Source of the DNA: Bacteroidales bacterium
Lineage (GTDB): Bacteria > Bacteroidota > Bacteroidia > Bacteroidales > JAIOZK01
DNA: 64,000 nt
Reading direction: 5' to 3'
Assembly: GCA_021738625.1 (NCBI GenBank)
Contig: JAIPBS010000013.1
Span: 22,378 to 86,377 of the forward strand
The notes under the pieces are model-generated. The model saw nothing but the letters and a program-made list of their open reading frames with translations, was not told the DNA's origin and did no database searches. Both the position numbers and the translations under genes were made by a program. This document shows, piece after piece, positions 54,462-63,832 of the stretch (position 1 is its first letter; each line of letters starts with the position of its first letter).

Positions 54462-56894
54462 CTAATCCTTCAAGCAACGAACTGAAAAACCGTACTCCTG
54501 ATCGTAGTTTTCACGGTAGACTTCATCGTTGTCATAATTCAGGAAGCGGTTGTAGGCACCTCCACCACTTCCTGTAGAGGACCAAAAGCTGGCGTAGTAC
54601 TCTACGTAGATGATTAACCCATCAAATCTGCGCCAACCGCCCGGAAGGGCCGCGAAACCATAGGCGTCAGAACCATTTCCGCCTGAATGCCAGCCATTTG
54701 TGCTTTTCAATTTTTCACCTGCATCAAATCCACGGTATCCTCCATTATCCCATTCCGGATCCCCTATCCCATATTGACTGTCCACATGACCTTCCAGTCT
54801 TTTCCATTCTTCATCGGTAGGGATATGCCACCCCGAGGGGCAAATGCCCTGGGTACCCTGAGCTGATGTATACTGCATCATCTCATCCCACTGATAAAGT
54901 CCACCATAAACATCACAGCTATCCTGTTCATCATCATAGCAATACTTTTCAATGATACCGTTATTTGTCTGTCCTGAAGTGCCATCTATCCGTGTTCCCA
55001 CATTCAGGTTTTCAGCCATCCAACATTGGGTGCCAATGATAACTGTGCTATACGTCTGGCCTTCATAAGTAAAGTCGGCACAGCTTTGCCCGTCTTTGTT
55101 TTGTACCTGTTCCCAGGATGAACCATTGAAAACCACCAATGCATGAATGCTGAGGTTGTATACCATCAATCCTTCTTCGGGGGAACTTAAGTTACCAATT
55201 TGTGTGGATGTTAAACGGGGAGGCAGAAAACCATCTGTAGTAGTACTCACTTCCAGTTTGCCATTCACTTTAACTTCATCATTATCAAACTCACCGTAAA
55301 TTAAAGGGTCGGAACTGCTGGAGTTTTCAATATAAAGTTTATTGTTTCCTGTTTCATTTCTTCCGGATTGATACCCGATAAACACATTACCTGACTTATT
55401 ATGTAAGGACGATCCTGCACCTGCTTCGTAACCAATCATGGTATTGTAGTTGCCCTCTTCATTGTACAAGTTGCTGCGATAACCGACGCCTACATTTCCA
55501 CTCCCTGAGCTATTGTATTTTGACGCCCTGTATCCCAGGGCAACATTGTAGTTTCCGTTCAAGTTATCTTCCAGGGCCAACGATCCGATTGCAGTATTGT
55601 AACTACCGCTTGTGTTTAAGTTCAGCGCCATGGTGCCGCTTGCCGTATTGTGTTTTCCTTCATCATTTGTATATAGTGACCTGTATCCGTTGGCTGTATT
55701 ATAATAACCGGTTGTATTTGAAAACAGTGTTTTTGATCCAACGGCCGTATTGTAGGTAGCATGATAGGCTTCGGTTGCCCCCTGCCCGTTGCTGTATAAA
55801 GAAGAATCCCCGACAGCGACCAGGTCGCTTTTAACTGTATTAGAATACAGGGCTTTACTTCCAACTGCAACATTGTTGCTACCGGTTGAGTTGGATCTCA
55901 AGGCTTTATATCCTCCGGCGAAATTCCCGTTTCCGGTATTGTTTGCATATAGCGCCTCTGAGCCTGTGGCTGTGTTAAGGGCACCTGTGCTGTTAAACAA
56001 TAAGGCATCATAACCATAAGCGGTGTTATTGGTACCCGTGGTGTTATTGTTTAATGTAGTGAAACCCATCGCAGTATTCCGGTATCCGGTTGTATTGTTT
56101 CTCAATGCCTGGAAACCAAAGGCAGCATTTTGCTCGCCATCAACATTATTATACATGGCATAGTATCCTATAGCCGTGTTTCGATTTCCCGTGGTATTGC
56201 TCTGGCCTGCCGAAGTTCCGATAAACACATTCCGGTTGTCAGACAGATCATCATTCTCCCCAGCGTGGGATCCAAAAAAAACGGAATTTCCGAGACCACT
56301 TTGCCATATAGCCCCCTTCACTTCCAACAGCGCACCCGGAGCTGTGGTGCCAATTCCTATCTTGCCGTCAGTTTCAATGGTAAGTCGCTCATTGCCATTT
56401 GTTCTGAATGTCAACTCTTCATAGCCCACAATGGAAAACTCTTCTTCTGAATTTTCATCATCCCAAATCAGGGAAAGCAGATTTTCATCGTCTCCTGTAA
56501 TTTTAATGTTGCCGTAACTCACATGCAATTTTTCCTCGGGTGTCGAGGTACCTAATCCCAGGTTATCTCCACTATTCTCAAGAAGAGTGTTTGTACCGGA
56601 TCGACTCCACAATGACGCCCCCTGTCTTATTTCCTGCCAGGAGCTACCGTCATAAAACCAGAAACTACCGGTGCCGGTATCAAATACAAGCAAGCCTGTA
56701 GCCGGGTTGGCGATGAGGGTTCGTTCAGATGAGCTCATCCTCGGCACCAGCATACCTTTTTCAGTAGATTGTACATCCAGCATTGCGGAAGCATCGGGAT
56801 CGTTGCCGTTGTTGTTTACGGCTACCTGGGAAAAGGCCGGGAAACAACCCATGCCCAAAATGATCAATACGGTAAATATGTTCTTCTTTATCAT
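54462..56894 (-). CDS. FISUMP domain protein with a long 14-aa repeat stalk, paralog 1
   Basis: About 20 repeats (e.g. NTTGNRNTAIGYYAM); C-terminal FSVRCLKD. Confidence 0.85.
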   Translation of the reverse strand: MIKKNIFTVLIILGMGCFPAFSQVAVNNNGNDPDASAMLDVQSTEKGMLVPRMSSSERTLIANPATGLLVFDTGTGSFWFYDGSSWQEIRQGASLWSRSGTNTLLENSGDNLGLGTSTPEEKLHVSYGNIKITGDDENLLSLIWDDENSEEEFSIVGYEELTFRTNGNERLTIETDGKIGIGTTAPGALLEVKGAIWQSGLGNSVFFGSHAGENDDLSDNRNVFIGTSAGQSNTTGNRNTAIGYYAMYNNVDGEQNAAFGFQALRNNTTGYRNTAMGFTTLNNNTTGTNNTAYGYDALLFNSTGALNTATGSEALYANNTGNGNFAGGYKALRSNSTGSNNVAVGSKALYSNTVKSDLVAVGDSSLYSNGQGATEAYHATYNTAVGSKTLFSNTTGYYNTANGYRSLYTNDEGKHNTASGTMALNLNTSGSYNTAIGSLALEDNLNGNYNVALGYRASKYNSSGSGNVGVGYRSNLYNEEGNYNTMIGYEAGAGSSLHNKSGNVFIGYQSGRNETGNNKLYIENSSSSDPLIYGEFDNDEVKVNGKLEVSTTTDGFLPPRLTSTQIGNLSSPEEGLMVYNLSIHALVVFNGSSWEQVQNKDGQSCADFTYEGQTYSTVIIGTQCWMAENLNVGTRIDGTSGQTNNGIIEKYCYDDEQDSCDVYGGLYQWDEMMQYTSAQGTQGICPSGWHIPTDEEWKRLEGHVDSQYGIGDPEWDNGGYRGFDAGEKLKSTNGWHSGGNGSDAYGFAALPGGWRRFDGLIIYVEYYASFWSSTGSGGGAYNRFLNYDNDEVYRENYDQEYGFSVRCLKD

Positions 56895-56993
56895 GCCAAG
56901 TAAAATTTGATTTTTTCGATTTATTGGTTGCTAAAACTAAATCTTCTATTAAGGTGCATCAAGCAGCATAAAGAATTCGGAAGGGTATTCATG

Positions 56994-57023
56994 TAAATTG
57001 GCTATGGTTATTTATTAAATGGT
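56994..57023 (-). promoter_or_regulatory. Possible LytTR direct-repeat binding site
   Basis: Minus strand ACCATTTA and CCAATTTA are spaced 22 bp apart, upstream of FISUMP paralog 1. Confidence 0.35.
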
Positions 57024-57111
57024 ATGTATTTTTTTTTACTTTTAGACATACCGGCCCATTATATGAAAGAGTTTTTTATTTTTGCTTTAATCGCAACATA
57101 AACCTACGCAT

Positions 57112-59100
57112 ATGAGAATCCGCACTTTATTGCTTTGCTTCTTTTTGTCGACAGGATGGGCTTATGCACAACCCAACCAGCTGGATAGTTTAAAGGATTC
57201 ATTGTCAGAGATGCCTGATGAAGATAAAGTCAGTGCCCTTTTACAATTGGGCTATAAGTATAAAAAGATATCAGCAGACAGTAGCATTCTTTATTATAAA
57301 AAGGCCATTGATCTGGCTGATGAAAAAGATCTCTTGAGGTCAAAAGTATACGGCTATCTGGAATTGGGAGAAGTTTACAGGCAGTATACAGGAGATATTG
57401 ATAAGGCTTTGGAAAACTTTAGACTGGCCGATCAGTATAATCTTAAATTAAATGATTTATATGTTTATTCGAGAATCAGGCTTTTGCAGGGTACAATTGA
57501 GTTGGTAAATTTTGCTGATTACGAGAAAGCACTTGATTATTTTAAACAATCCCTGGATGTTTTGGATAGCATAGCAAGCGATACCGCCAGTGATGAAATC
57601 AAAAAATCACATATCGGTCTTTTGAACGCAATCGGAGTTGCTTATTTTGAAATTGAAGACCATGAAGCTGCCCTGAAATATTATAAAGAAACCATTCAAA
57701 AACTTGTGGAATATGGTTACAGCGATTACCTCTATGTTTACCTTGGCAATGTGGGAAGGGCGTTTAGTGAGATGGGCGAGTACGACAGCGCCCTGGTATA
57801 CTTCAACCGGGTTTATGAACTGTCCCTTGAAAAGGGCGTCAGGCAAAAGGCGGCCAAAGCCACAGAAGACATGGGTATTGTGAGCAGGAAAAAAGGCGAT
57901 TACAACAATATGCTGGAATATTGCAAAGTGGCTTTGGATCTGTATCATAAAGATGAAAACCCTGATGGAAAAGACATCTCTTTTATCAATCTGAAAATTG
58001 GTCAGGCTTACTATTTATTGCAGAAATACGATTCTGCCTATCCCTATTTTCTAAAAAGTCTTGAACTGGCAAAAAAAAATAACTGGACCCCAAAAATAAT
58101 CGATGCCAAAAGATTCCTGGCTGAATATTACGCTGCAACCGGTAACTTTAAAAATGCTTATGAACACCAAAAAGCCATTCTTGGTTTTGTTGACACCACT
58201 TTCCAAAAGGAACTTGCCTCGGTTTCGAAAGAGATGCAGATCAAATACGAAACCGCCAAAAAGGAGAAGGAAATCGCTGAACAGTCTTTGTTGATTGAAC
58301 AACAGCAATCCGACATCAGGACGCAATGGATCATCATCGGTGGCATCACTGCTTTGGCTTTGATCATCTTCCTTCTGTTTGTCATCCTGTTTAACCGCTA
58401 CCGGTCAAAACAGAAACAACGCCAATCCGAATTGGAAAAGAAAGCCCTGGAACTGGAAAAAAGGTCCATCGAAACCGAACAGCGCCTGCTGCGATCACAA
58501 ATGAACCCCCATTTTATTTTCAACTCTCTTTCCTCGGTTCAAAATTATATTTCGATAGACGATAAGATCGCTGCCATGAGCTTTTTGTCGAAGTTTGCCG
58601 AATTGATCAGAAATATCCTTATGAATTCCCGCGAAGCCACCATTCCCTTACAGGATGAAATTGATACATTAAGATTATATATGGAACTGGAACAGCTCCG
58701 GCTGAAAAATAAGTTTGATTTTGAAATTGAGGTGGATGAAAGGCTTGACGCTGAAGCTGTGTACATCCCCCCTATGCTCATACAACCTTTTGTGGAAAAT
58801 GCCATAAAACACGGTTTGCGAAATATGGAAGGAAAAGGAACGCTTGAGATTTCATTCAGGAAGAATGCGCAGATGATCTATTGTAAGGTTAAGGATGATG
58901 GCATCGGACGGGATAAAGCCCGGCAGTTGCAGGAAGCGGATCACCGTTCGTTGGCCCTGCAGATCATCAGGGAGCGCCTGGAGGTATTAAAAAACGTTTA
59001 CAATGCGGAACTGGAATTGAGCATCGAGGACCTGAGAACTGAGCAGGGGAATCCTGCCGGTACACAGGTGAAGATCAGCCTGCCGTTCGAAAAGGAATAA
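57112..59100 (+). CDS. TPR-containing LytS-type sensor histidine kinase
   Basis: Signal peptide, multiple TPRs, a TM segment, LRSQMNPHFIFN, QPFVENAIKHG, DDGIGR and GTQV. Confidence 0.92.
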   Translation: MRIRTLLLCFFLSTGWAYAQPNQLDSLKDSLSEMPDEDKVSALLQLGYKYKKISADSSILYYKKAIDLADEKDLLRSKVYGYLELGEVYRQYTGDIDKALENFRLADQYNLKLNDLYVYSRIRLLQGTIELVNFADYEKALDYFKQSLDVLDSIASDTASDEIKKSHIGLLNAIGVAYFEIEDHEAALKYYKETIQKLVEYGYSDYLYVYLGNVGRAFSEMGEYDSALVYFNRVYELSLEKGVRQKAAKATEDMGIVSRKKGDYNNMLEYCKVALDLYHKDENPDGKDISFINLKIGQAYYLLQKYDSAYPYFLKSLELAKKNNWTPKIIDAKRFLAEYYAATGNFKNAYEHQKAILGFVDTTFQKELASVSKEMQIKYETAKKEKEIAEQSLLIEQQQSDIRTQWIIIGGITALALIIFLLFVILFNRYRSKQKQRQSELEKKALELEKRSIETEQRLLRSQMNPHFIFNSLSSVQNYISIDDKIAAMSFLSKFAELIRNILMNSREATIPLQDEIDTLRLYMELEQLRLKNKFDFEIEVDERLDAEAVYIPPMLIQPFVENAIKHGLRNMEGKGTLEISFRKNAQMIYCKVKDDGIGRDKARQLQEADHRSLALQIIRERLEVLKNVYNAELELSIEDLRTEQGNPAGTQVKISLPFEKE

Positions 59101-59118
59101 TTTCATATCTTTACAACT

Positions 59119-59862
59119 ATGATGAAAGCGGTTATAATAGACGATGAAAACGACTGTAGGCAAGTTGTTGAAACCTTGCTCAATGAACATTTCTCCGAAA
59201 TACGGATATGCGGGCAGGCTGCTTCTGTTGCAGAGGGGAGGGAGCTGATCATGAATGAAAATCCCGATGTTCTGTTGCTGGATATTGAGCTGGGCGACGG
59301 AAACGCATTTGATCTGCTGGGCGGTTTAAATAAGCTCAGTTTTCAGGTGATCTTTATAACGGCTTACGAGCAGTATGCCATTCAAGCCATCCGGCACAGT
59401 GCAATCGATTACATCCTCAAACCTGTCGATCCGCAGGCATTTATTCAGGCAATCGACAAGGTGAAAAGGATGAGCGACAATATTGGATTGCTATCCAAGC
59501 AGATCAAGGTGCTACTGGAAAACCGAAGCGATTTCAACCGCATTGCCCTCCCGACTCTGGAAGGCTTCCGTTTTGTGAATATCGATGACATCATCCACTG
59601 CAAGGCAGAAAGCAACTATACCTGGTTTCATTTGAAGAACAATGAAAAAATCCTGGTCACCAAAACCTTGAAGGAATATGACGAAACCCTGTCGGAGAAA
59701 TATTTTGTCAGGGTTCATCAATCCCACCTGATCAATATCAAATATGTTGAAAAATACATCAAGGGCGAAGGCGGCACCGTGGTGATGGTTGATGGCTCGG
59801 AGGTGATTGTTTCAAGACGGAGAAAGGATCGGTTTCTCAGAATGATGAAAGGAAGATTCTGA
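59119..59862 (+). CDS. LytTR-family response regulator
   Basis: IIDDE, LLDI, FITAY, DYILKP, FVRVHQSHLIN and VSRR motifs. Confidence 0.95.
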   Translation: MMKAVIIDDENDCRQVVETLLNEHFSEIRICGQAASVAEGRELIMNENPDVLLLDIELGDGNAFDLLGGLNKLSFQVIFITAYEQYAIQAIRHSAIDYILKPVDPQAFIQAIDKVKRMSDNIGLLSKQIKVLLENRSDFNRIALPTLEGFRFVNIDDIIHCKAESNYTWFHLKNNEKILVTKTLKEYDETLSEKYFVRVHQSHLINIKYVEKYIKGEGGTVVMVDGSEVIVSRRRKDRFLRMMKGRF

Positions 59863-59965
59863 TCCTTTTATCAGAGGACAAAATCATTACCCACAAACCT
59901 TTACCTGTTTCAACTGCCCGGATTTAGCAATGAATCCGTTTTGAAATAATTTGTAATTTTATCAA

Positions 59966-60775
59966 ATGCCTAAAGAGAAAAGCTGGAAAAGGAAACTGCA
60001 TATCGTAATTTTCGGGTCCAATACCCGGTTGGGCCGTTTGTTCGATATCATCCTTCTGATTTCCATCATCCTTAGCGTACTTGTCGTTTTTCTCGACAGT
60101 GTTGAGAAATACCACATCCTATACGGTACCGAGCTGTATATTGCGGAATGGTTTTTCACTGTTCTGTTCAGCATCGAATACACTCTCCGAATCATCAGTG
60201 TCAGGCATAAGTGGAAATACATCTTCAGTTTTTACGGCATTATCGATTTCCTGGCCATCTCGCCCACTTATATCAGCCTGTTGGTTGCCGGCACGCAATT
60301 CCTGCTGGTGATCCGGATTTTACGTTTGCTGCGCGTTTTCCGTATCCTTAAACTGGACCGCTTTATTGGTGCTTCGGGCTATTTGATGGAATCCCTGAAA
60401 TCGAGCAAGCACAAGATCCTGGTTTTTCTGAGCACAGTTCTCAGCATCGTGGTGATCATGGGCGCCTTGATGTACCTGATCGAAGGCCCTGAAAACGGTT
60501 TTTCCAGCATCCCCAAAAGCATTTACTGGGCCATCGTCACCCTAACCACCGTTGGCTATGGTGATATTGCCCCGCAAACATTCTGGGGGCAGGCCATGGC
60601 ATCCGTTATCATGATCATGGGTTATTCAATCATTGCTGTCCCTACCGGGATCATTACCGTGGAAATGGCCCGGCAAAAGGAAAGCAATACCAACGGCATC
60701 GTTTGCAGTTATTGCGGCCAATCCGGGCATCATGAGAATGCACATTATTGTCATCATTGCGGGGAGAAATTGTAA
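59966..60775 (+). CDS. Voltage-gated potassium channel (ion transporter) with C-terminal Zn ribbon
   Basis: S4 helix RILRLLRVFRILK, filter TTVGYGD and CSYC...CHHC. Confidence 0.92.
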   Translation: MPKEKSWKRKLHIVIFGSNTRLGRLFDIILLISIILSVLVVFLDSVEKYHILYGTELYIAEWFFTVLFSIEYTLRIISVRHKWKYIFSFYGIIDFLAISPTYISLLVAGTQFLLVIRILRLLRVFRILKLDRFIGASGYLMESLKSSKHKILVFLSTVLSIVVIMGALMYLIEGPENGFSSIPKSIYWAIVTLTTVGYGDIAPQTFWGQAMASVIMIMGYSIIAVPTGIITVEMARQKESNTNGIVCSYCGQSGHHENAHYCHHCGEKL

Positions 60776-60798
60776 AACTGAAAGATTGTTTGTTAATT

Positions 60799-61005
60799 GT
60801 ACTTTTGGCTTGATCCAAAAGTACCAAAAGATCAAGGCTGCGTCTTGCATTGCAACAAAACTACGCATGAAATTATCCCCGCCATTCGAGCCGTTCGCCA
60901 GCAAACCCTACTTCATTGATTACAGCTATTAGCGGCTCACTCGCGAATGGCTTAGCGCATGGCCCTCGCGATAATTCCATACTTGTTTTGTAAGCAATAC
61001 AAGAC
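60799..61005. other. Structured intergenic element: H-type pseudoknot plus long multi-stem hairpin
   Basis: Stem GTACTTTTGG/CCAAAAGTAC with loop CTTGAT complementary to downstream ATCAAG; nested stems across 60842-61005. Confidence 0.6.
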
Positions 61006-61139
61006 AAGGCCAATCCATAACAGCATACATTTCCACAGTTAATATGTTGGTGACTATATCACTGTTAAATTATAGTTAAAGCAAGTTTCCGCCGGTGTTT
61101 TCACAACCTACTACCGTAAATTTGTATAAATCATTGATT

Positions 61140-61673
61140 ATGGTATTGAAAAACAAAATAATACCGGCAACTAAGCGCAGCATGACAATCATTTTGCCGA
61201 TGCTCATATTTATACTGCTGTCGTCATGCCGGTCAACTCCCGAAAAAAAGATGAATGAAAACATCCCCGTTTTAAACTTCGAACAACTTGAACCCTATTT
61301 GAACAAAGAAAGCGACAGCACCTACGTGGTCAATTTCTGGGCGACCTGGTGCAAACCCTGCGTGAAGGAAATGCCCGCCTTCCTCAAACTGGACAGCCTT
61401 TACAGGGATCAAAAAGTGAAGGTCCTGCTGGTCAGCCTCGACTTTCCCGAAAATATCGAATCTCAGGTAAAGCCTTTCATCCGTGAGAACAATGTGCATG
61501 CGGAAGTTGTTTTACTGGACGATCCCAATGCCAATGCATGGATCAACAAGGTGGACAGCAGCTGGAGCGGGGCCATCCCCGCCACGGTGATCTACAACAG
61601 CAAAGGCAGGGATTTTTATGAGAGAACTTTTGAATTTGAAGAACTGGAAGAAATTATTAAATCTAAAATCTAG
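61140..61673 (+). CDS. TlpA/ResA-family thiol-disulfide oxidoreductase lipoprotein
   Basis: Lipobox LSSC, NFWATWCKPC and WSGAIPAT. Start uncertain (61140 or 61182). Confidence 0.88.
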   Translation: MVLKNKIIPATKRSMTIILPMLIFILLSSCRSTPEKKMNENIPVLNFEQLEPYLNKESDSTYVVNFWATWCKPCVKEMPAFLKLDSLYRDQKVKVLLVSLDFPENIESQVKPFIRENNVHAEVVLLDDPNANAWINKVDSSWSGAIPATVIYNSKGRDFYERTFEFEELEEIIKSKI

Positions 61674-61677
61674 AATC

Positions 61678-62274
61678 ATGAAGAACACAGTTATATTTTT
61701 ATTTTCATTGTTTGCAGGCTATTCGGCATCGGCCGGAGGTTACGAAGTAGGCGACAAAGCCACCGATTTCAAATTAAAAAATGTGGACGGCAGTTATGTT
61801 TCCCTGGAAGATTATCCCGGGGCCAAAGGCTTCATCGTGATCTTCACCTGCAACCATTGCCCCTACGCAGTGGCCTGGGAAGACCGCATCATCGCCCTCG
61901 ATAAAGAATACAAGGAAAAAGGCTATCCGGTGATCGCCGTCAACCCGAACGACCCGGAGCTTTATCCTGAAGATTCTTTTGAAAAAATGAAGATCAGGGC
62001 CAAAGAAAAGGGGTTCACTTTTCCCTATCTGTTTGATGAAGATCAGAAAGTTTACCCGGTTTACGGAGCCAAGCGGACGCCGCACGTTTTCCTGCTGAAT
62101 AAGGAAAAGGGCGACCTGATTGTAAAATACATCGGCGCCATAGACGATAACTACAAGGATGCCTCGGCGGTTCAGGAAACCTACCTGGCCGACGCCGTGG
62201 ATGCGCTGCTGGATGGCGAAGATCCCGATCCGGATTTTACAAAAGCGATTGGATGCAGTATAAAGGCAAAATAA
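61678..62274 (+). CDS. Thioredoxin-fold AhpC/TSA-like protein
   Basis: VGDKATDFKL, FTCNHCPY, YGAKRTP, YIGAIDD and AIGCSIK motifs. Confidence 0.9.
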   Translation: MKNTVIFLFSLFAGYSASAGGYEVGDKATDFKLKNVDGSYVSLEDYPGAKGFIVIFTCNHCPYAVAWEDRIIALDKEYKEKGYPVIAVNPNDPELYPEDSFEKMKIRAKEKGFTFPYLFDEDQKVYPVYGAKRTPHVFLLNKEKGDLIVKYIGAIDDNYKDASAVQETYLADAVDALLDGEDPDPDFTKAIGCSIKAK

Positions 62275-62279
62275 GCTTA

Positions 62280-62420
62280 AAGCACCAGTGCAAGCATCAA
62301 AACTCAAATAAATTCCAATTACCAAAATTCAAAATTTCAAACGTAACGATCAGCCTGGCTGGTTTTGGTCATTGAAAATTCGATAATTGGAATTTATTTG
62401 TAATTTGTGATTTGGTGCTT
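62280..62420. repeat. Heptamer-periodic long inverted repeat
   Basis: Perfect 17-bp IR CAAATAAATTCCAATTA (62305-62321) / TAATTGGAATTTATTTG (62384-62400), with outer AAGCACCA/TGGTGCTT. Confidence 0.7.
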
Positions 62421-62488
62421 GTGATTTTTTTTCGTTTCTGATTTGGGATTTTCTTTGCCAATTTCAATCCCGGGCCTAACTTTGCCTC

Positions 62489-63169
62489 ATGCCTGTTTAT
62501 CAGTTGACAGAAGAGCTTGTTTTTCCTCATCCTGAACTTGCTGAAAAGGACGGCTTGCTTGCCATAGGCGGCGACCTGTCGCAGAAAAGGCTGGTACTCG
62601 CTTATGCCAATGGCATCTTCCCCTGGTATTCAAAAGGCTCGCCTGTTATATGGTGGTCGCCCGATCCCAGGATGGTCCTATTCCCGGGTGAAATGAAAGT
62701 TTCTAAAAGCCTGCACAACAAACTGAACAGGAACATATTTGAAATAAAAGCGGATACGGCTTTCGCGGAAGTGATCGAAAGATGTGCCTCCGTACCGAGA
62801 AAGGAACAGGACGACACCTGGATCACAAAGGAAATGAAAAGAGCGTATATCAGCCTGCATGAAAACGGATATGCCCACTCCATCGAAGCCTGGTACAAAG
62901 GAAAACTGGTCGGCGGACTGTATGGCGTATCGCTGGGCGGTGCCTTTTTCGGGGAAAGCATGTTCTACAATATGACGGACGCCTCAAAGGTTTGTTTATA
63001 TCATTTGGTTGAAAAAGCTAAAGAAATGGATTTCAGTCTGATTGACGTACAACAGGATACTCCGCACCTCAGGTCGCTGGGTGCGCGTGATATTCCCCGA
63101 AAAAAGTTTTTATCTTTACTGAAAGATGCCATGAAGCATCCGACGCATAAAGGCAAATGGAGTTTGTAA
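62489..63169 (+). CDS. aat: Leucyl/phenylalanyl-tRNA--protein transferase
   Basis: GLLAIGGDL, GIFPW, WWSPDPR, LVGGLYG, FFGESMF and HLRSLGA motifs. Confidence 0.96.
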   Translation: MPVYQLTEELVFPHPELAEKDGLLAIGGDLSQKRLVLAYANGIFPWYSKGSPVIWWSPDPRMVLFPGEMKVSKSLHNKLNRNIFEIKADTAFAEVIERCASVPRKEQDDTWITKEMKRAYISLHENGYAHSIEAWYKGKLVGGLYGVSLGGAFFGESMFYNMTDASKVCLYHLVEKAKEMDFSLIDVQQDTPHLRSLGARDIPRKKFLSLLKDAMKHPTHKGKWSL

Positions 63170-63170
63170 T

Positions 63171-63644
63171 ATGGAAGAAAAGGAAAAATATATGCTGCGT
63201 GCCATTGAGTTGGCCAAAGAAAATGTATTGTCGGAAGATGGAGGGCCTTTCGGAGCGGTAGTGGTTAAAAACGGCAAGATCATTGCGGAAGGAAAAAACC
63301 TGGTAACCGCCAATGACGACCCAACAGCACATGCCGAGATTGTCGCCATACGCAAGGCCTGTGAGGCTTTAAAAAGCCACCAGCTGGCGGGCTGCGAGAT
63401 TTACGCCAGTTGCGAACCCTGCCCCATGTGTCTGGGGGCCATTTACTGGGCACGTCCGGCAGCGGTTTATTATGCCGCCTCCCGGCAGGACGCCACCCGC
63501 GCCTATTTCGACGATTCATACATCTATCGCGAATGCAATACCGAACCTGAAAAAAGAAAAATCCCCTTCATTCAAATGCAACGCGACAAAGCCATCGAAG
63601 CTTTCCTGCGCTGGATGGAAAACGAACAACGAAATCCTTACTGA
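63171..63644 (+). CDS. Nucleoside/guanine deaminase (cytidine deaminase fold)
   Basis: GGPFGAVV, DPTAHAE and SCEPCPMC motifs. Confidence 0.9.
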   Translation: MEEKEKYMLRAIELAKENVLSEDGGPFGAVVVKNGKIIAEGKNLVTANDDPTAHAEIVAIRKACEALKSHQLAGCEIYASCEPCPMCLGAIYWARPAAVYYAASRQDATRAYFDDSYIYRECNTEPEKRKIPFIQMQRDKAIEAFLRWMENEQRNPY

Positions 63645-63832
63645 AAAGCTGATAGGATATTCTCTTTGAAGGGATATTCTTTTATGGAAGGATTGTACCT
63701 TTGTGGAATGGAAACCGGAAATTTGAAAATGGAAAATGGGAATTTGGAACTCTGTAAAAACGGCTTTTCCAACAGCCAGCATCCAAAATCAAGTATCAAT
63801 TTTTCAAGGAAATAAAAAATCTATAGACGATT

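Noticed and set aside
49313-56894. Diversity-generating retroelement targeting the FISUMP C-termini
   Set aside because: The fold is a known DGR target type. However, no reverse transcriptase, Avd or template repeat differing only at adenines is visible, and the tips differ throughout, including indels. A remote DGR cannot be excluded.
14142-63169. clpS and aat as a linked N-degron system
   Set aside because: Both are ordinary housekeeping genes 48 kb apart, with no evidence of a shared locus.
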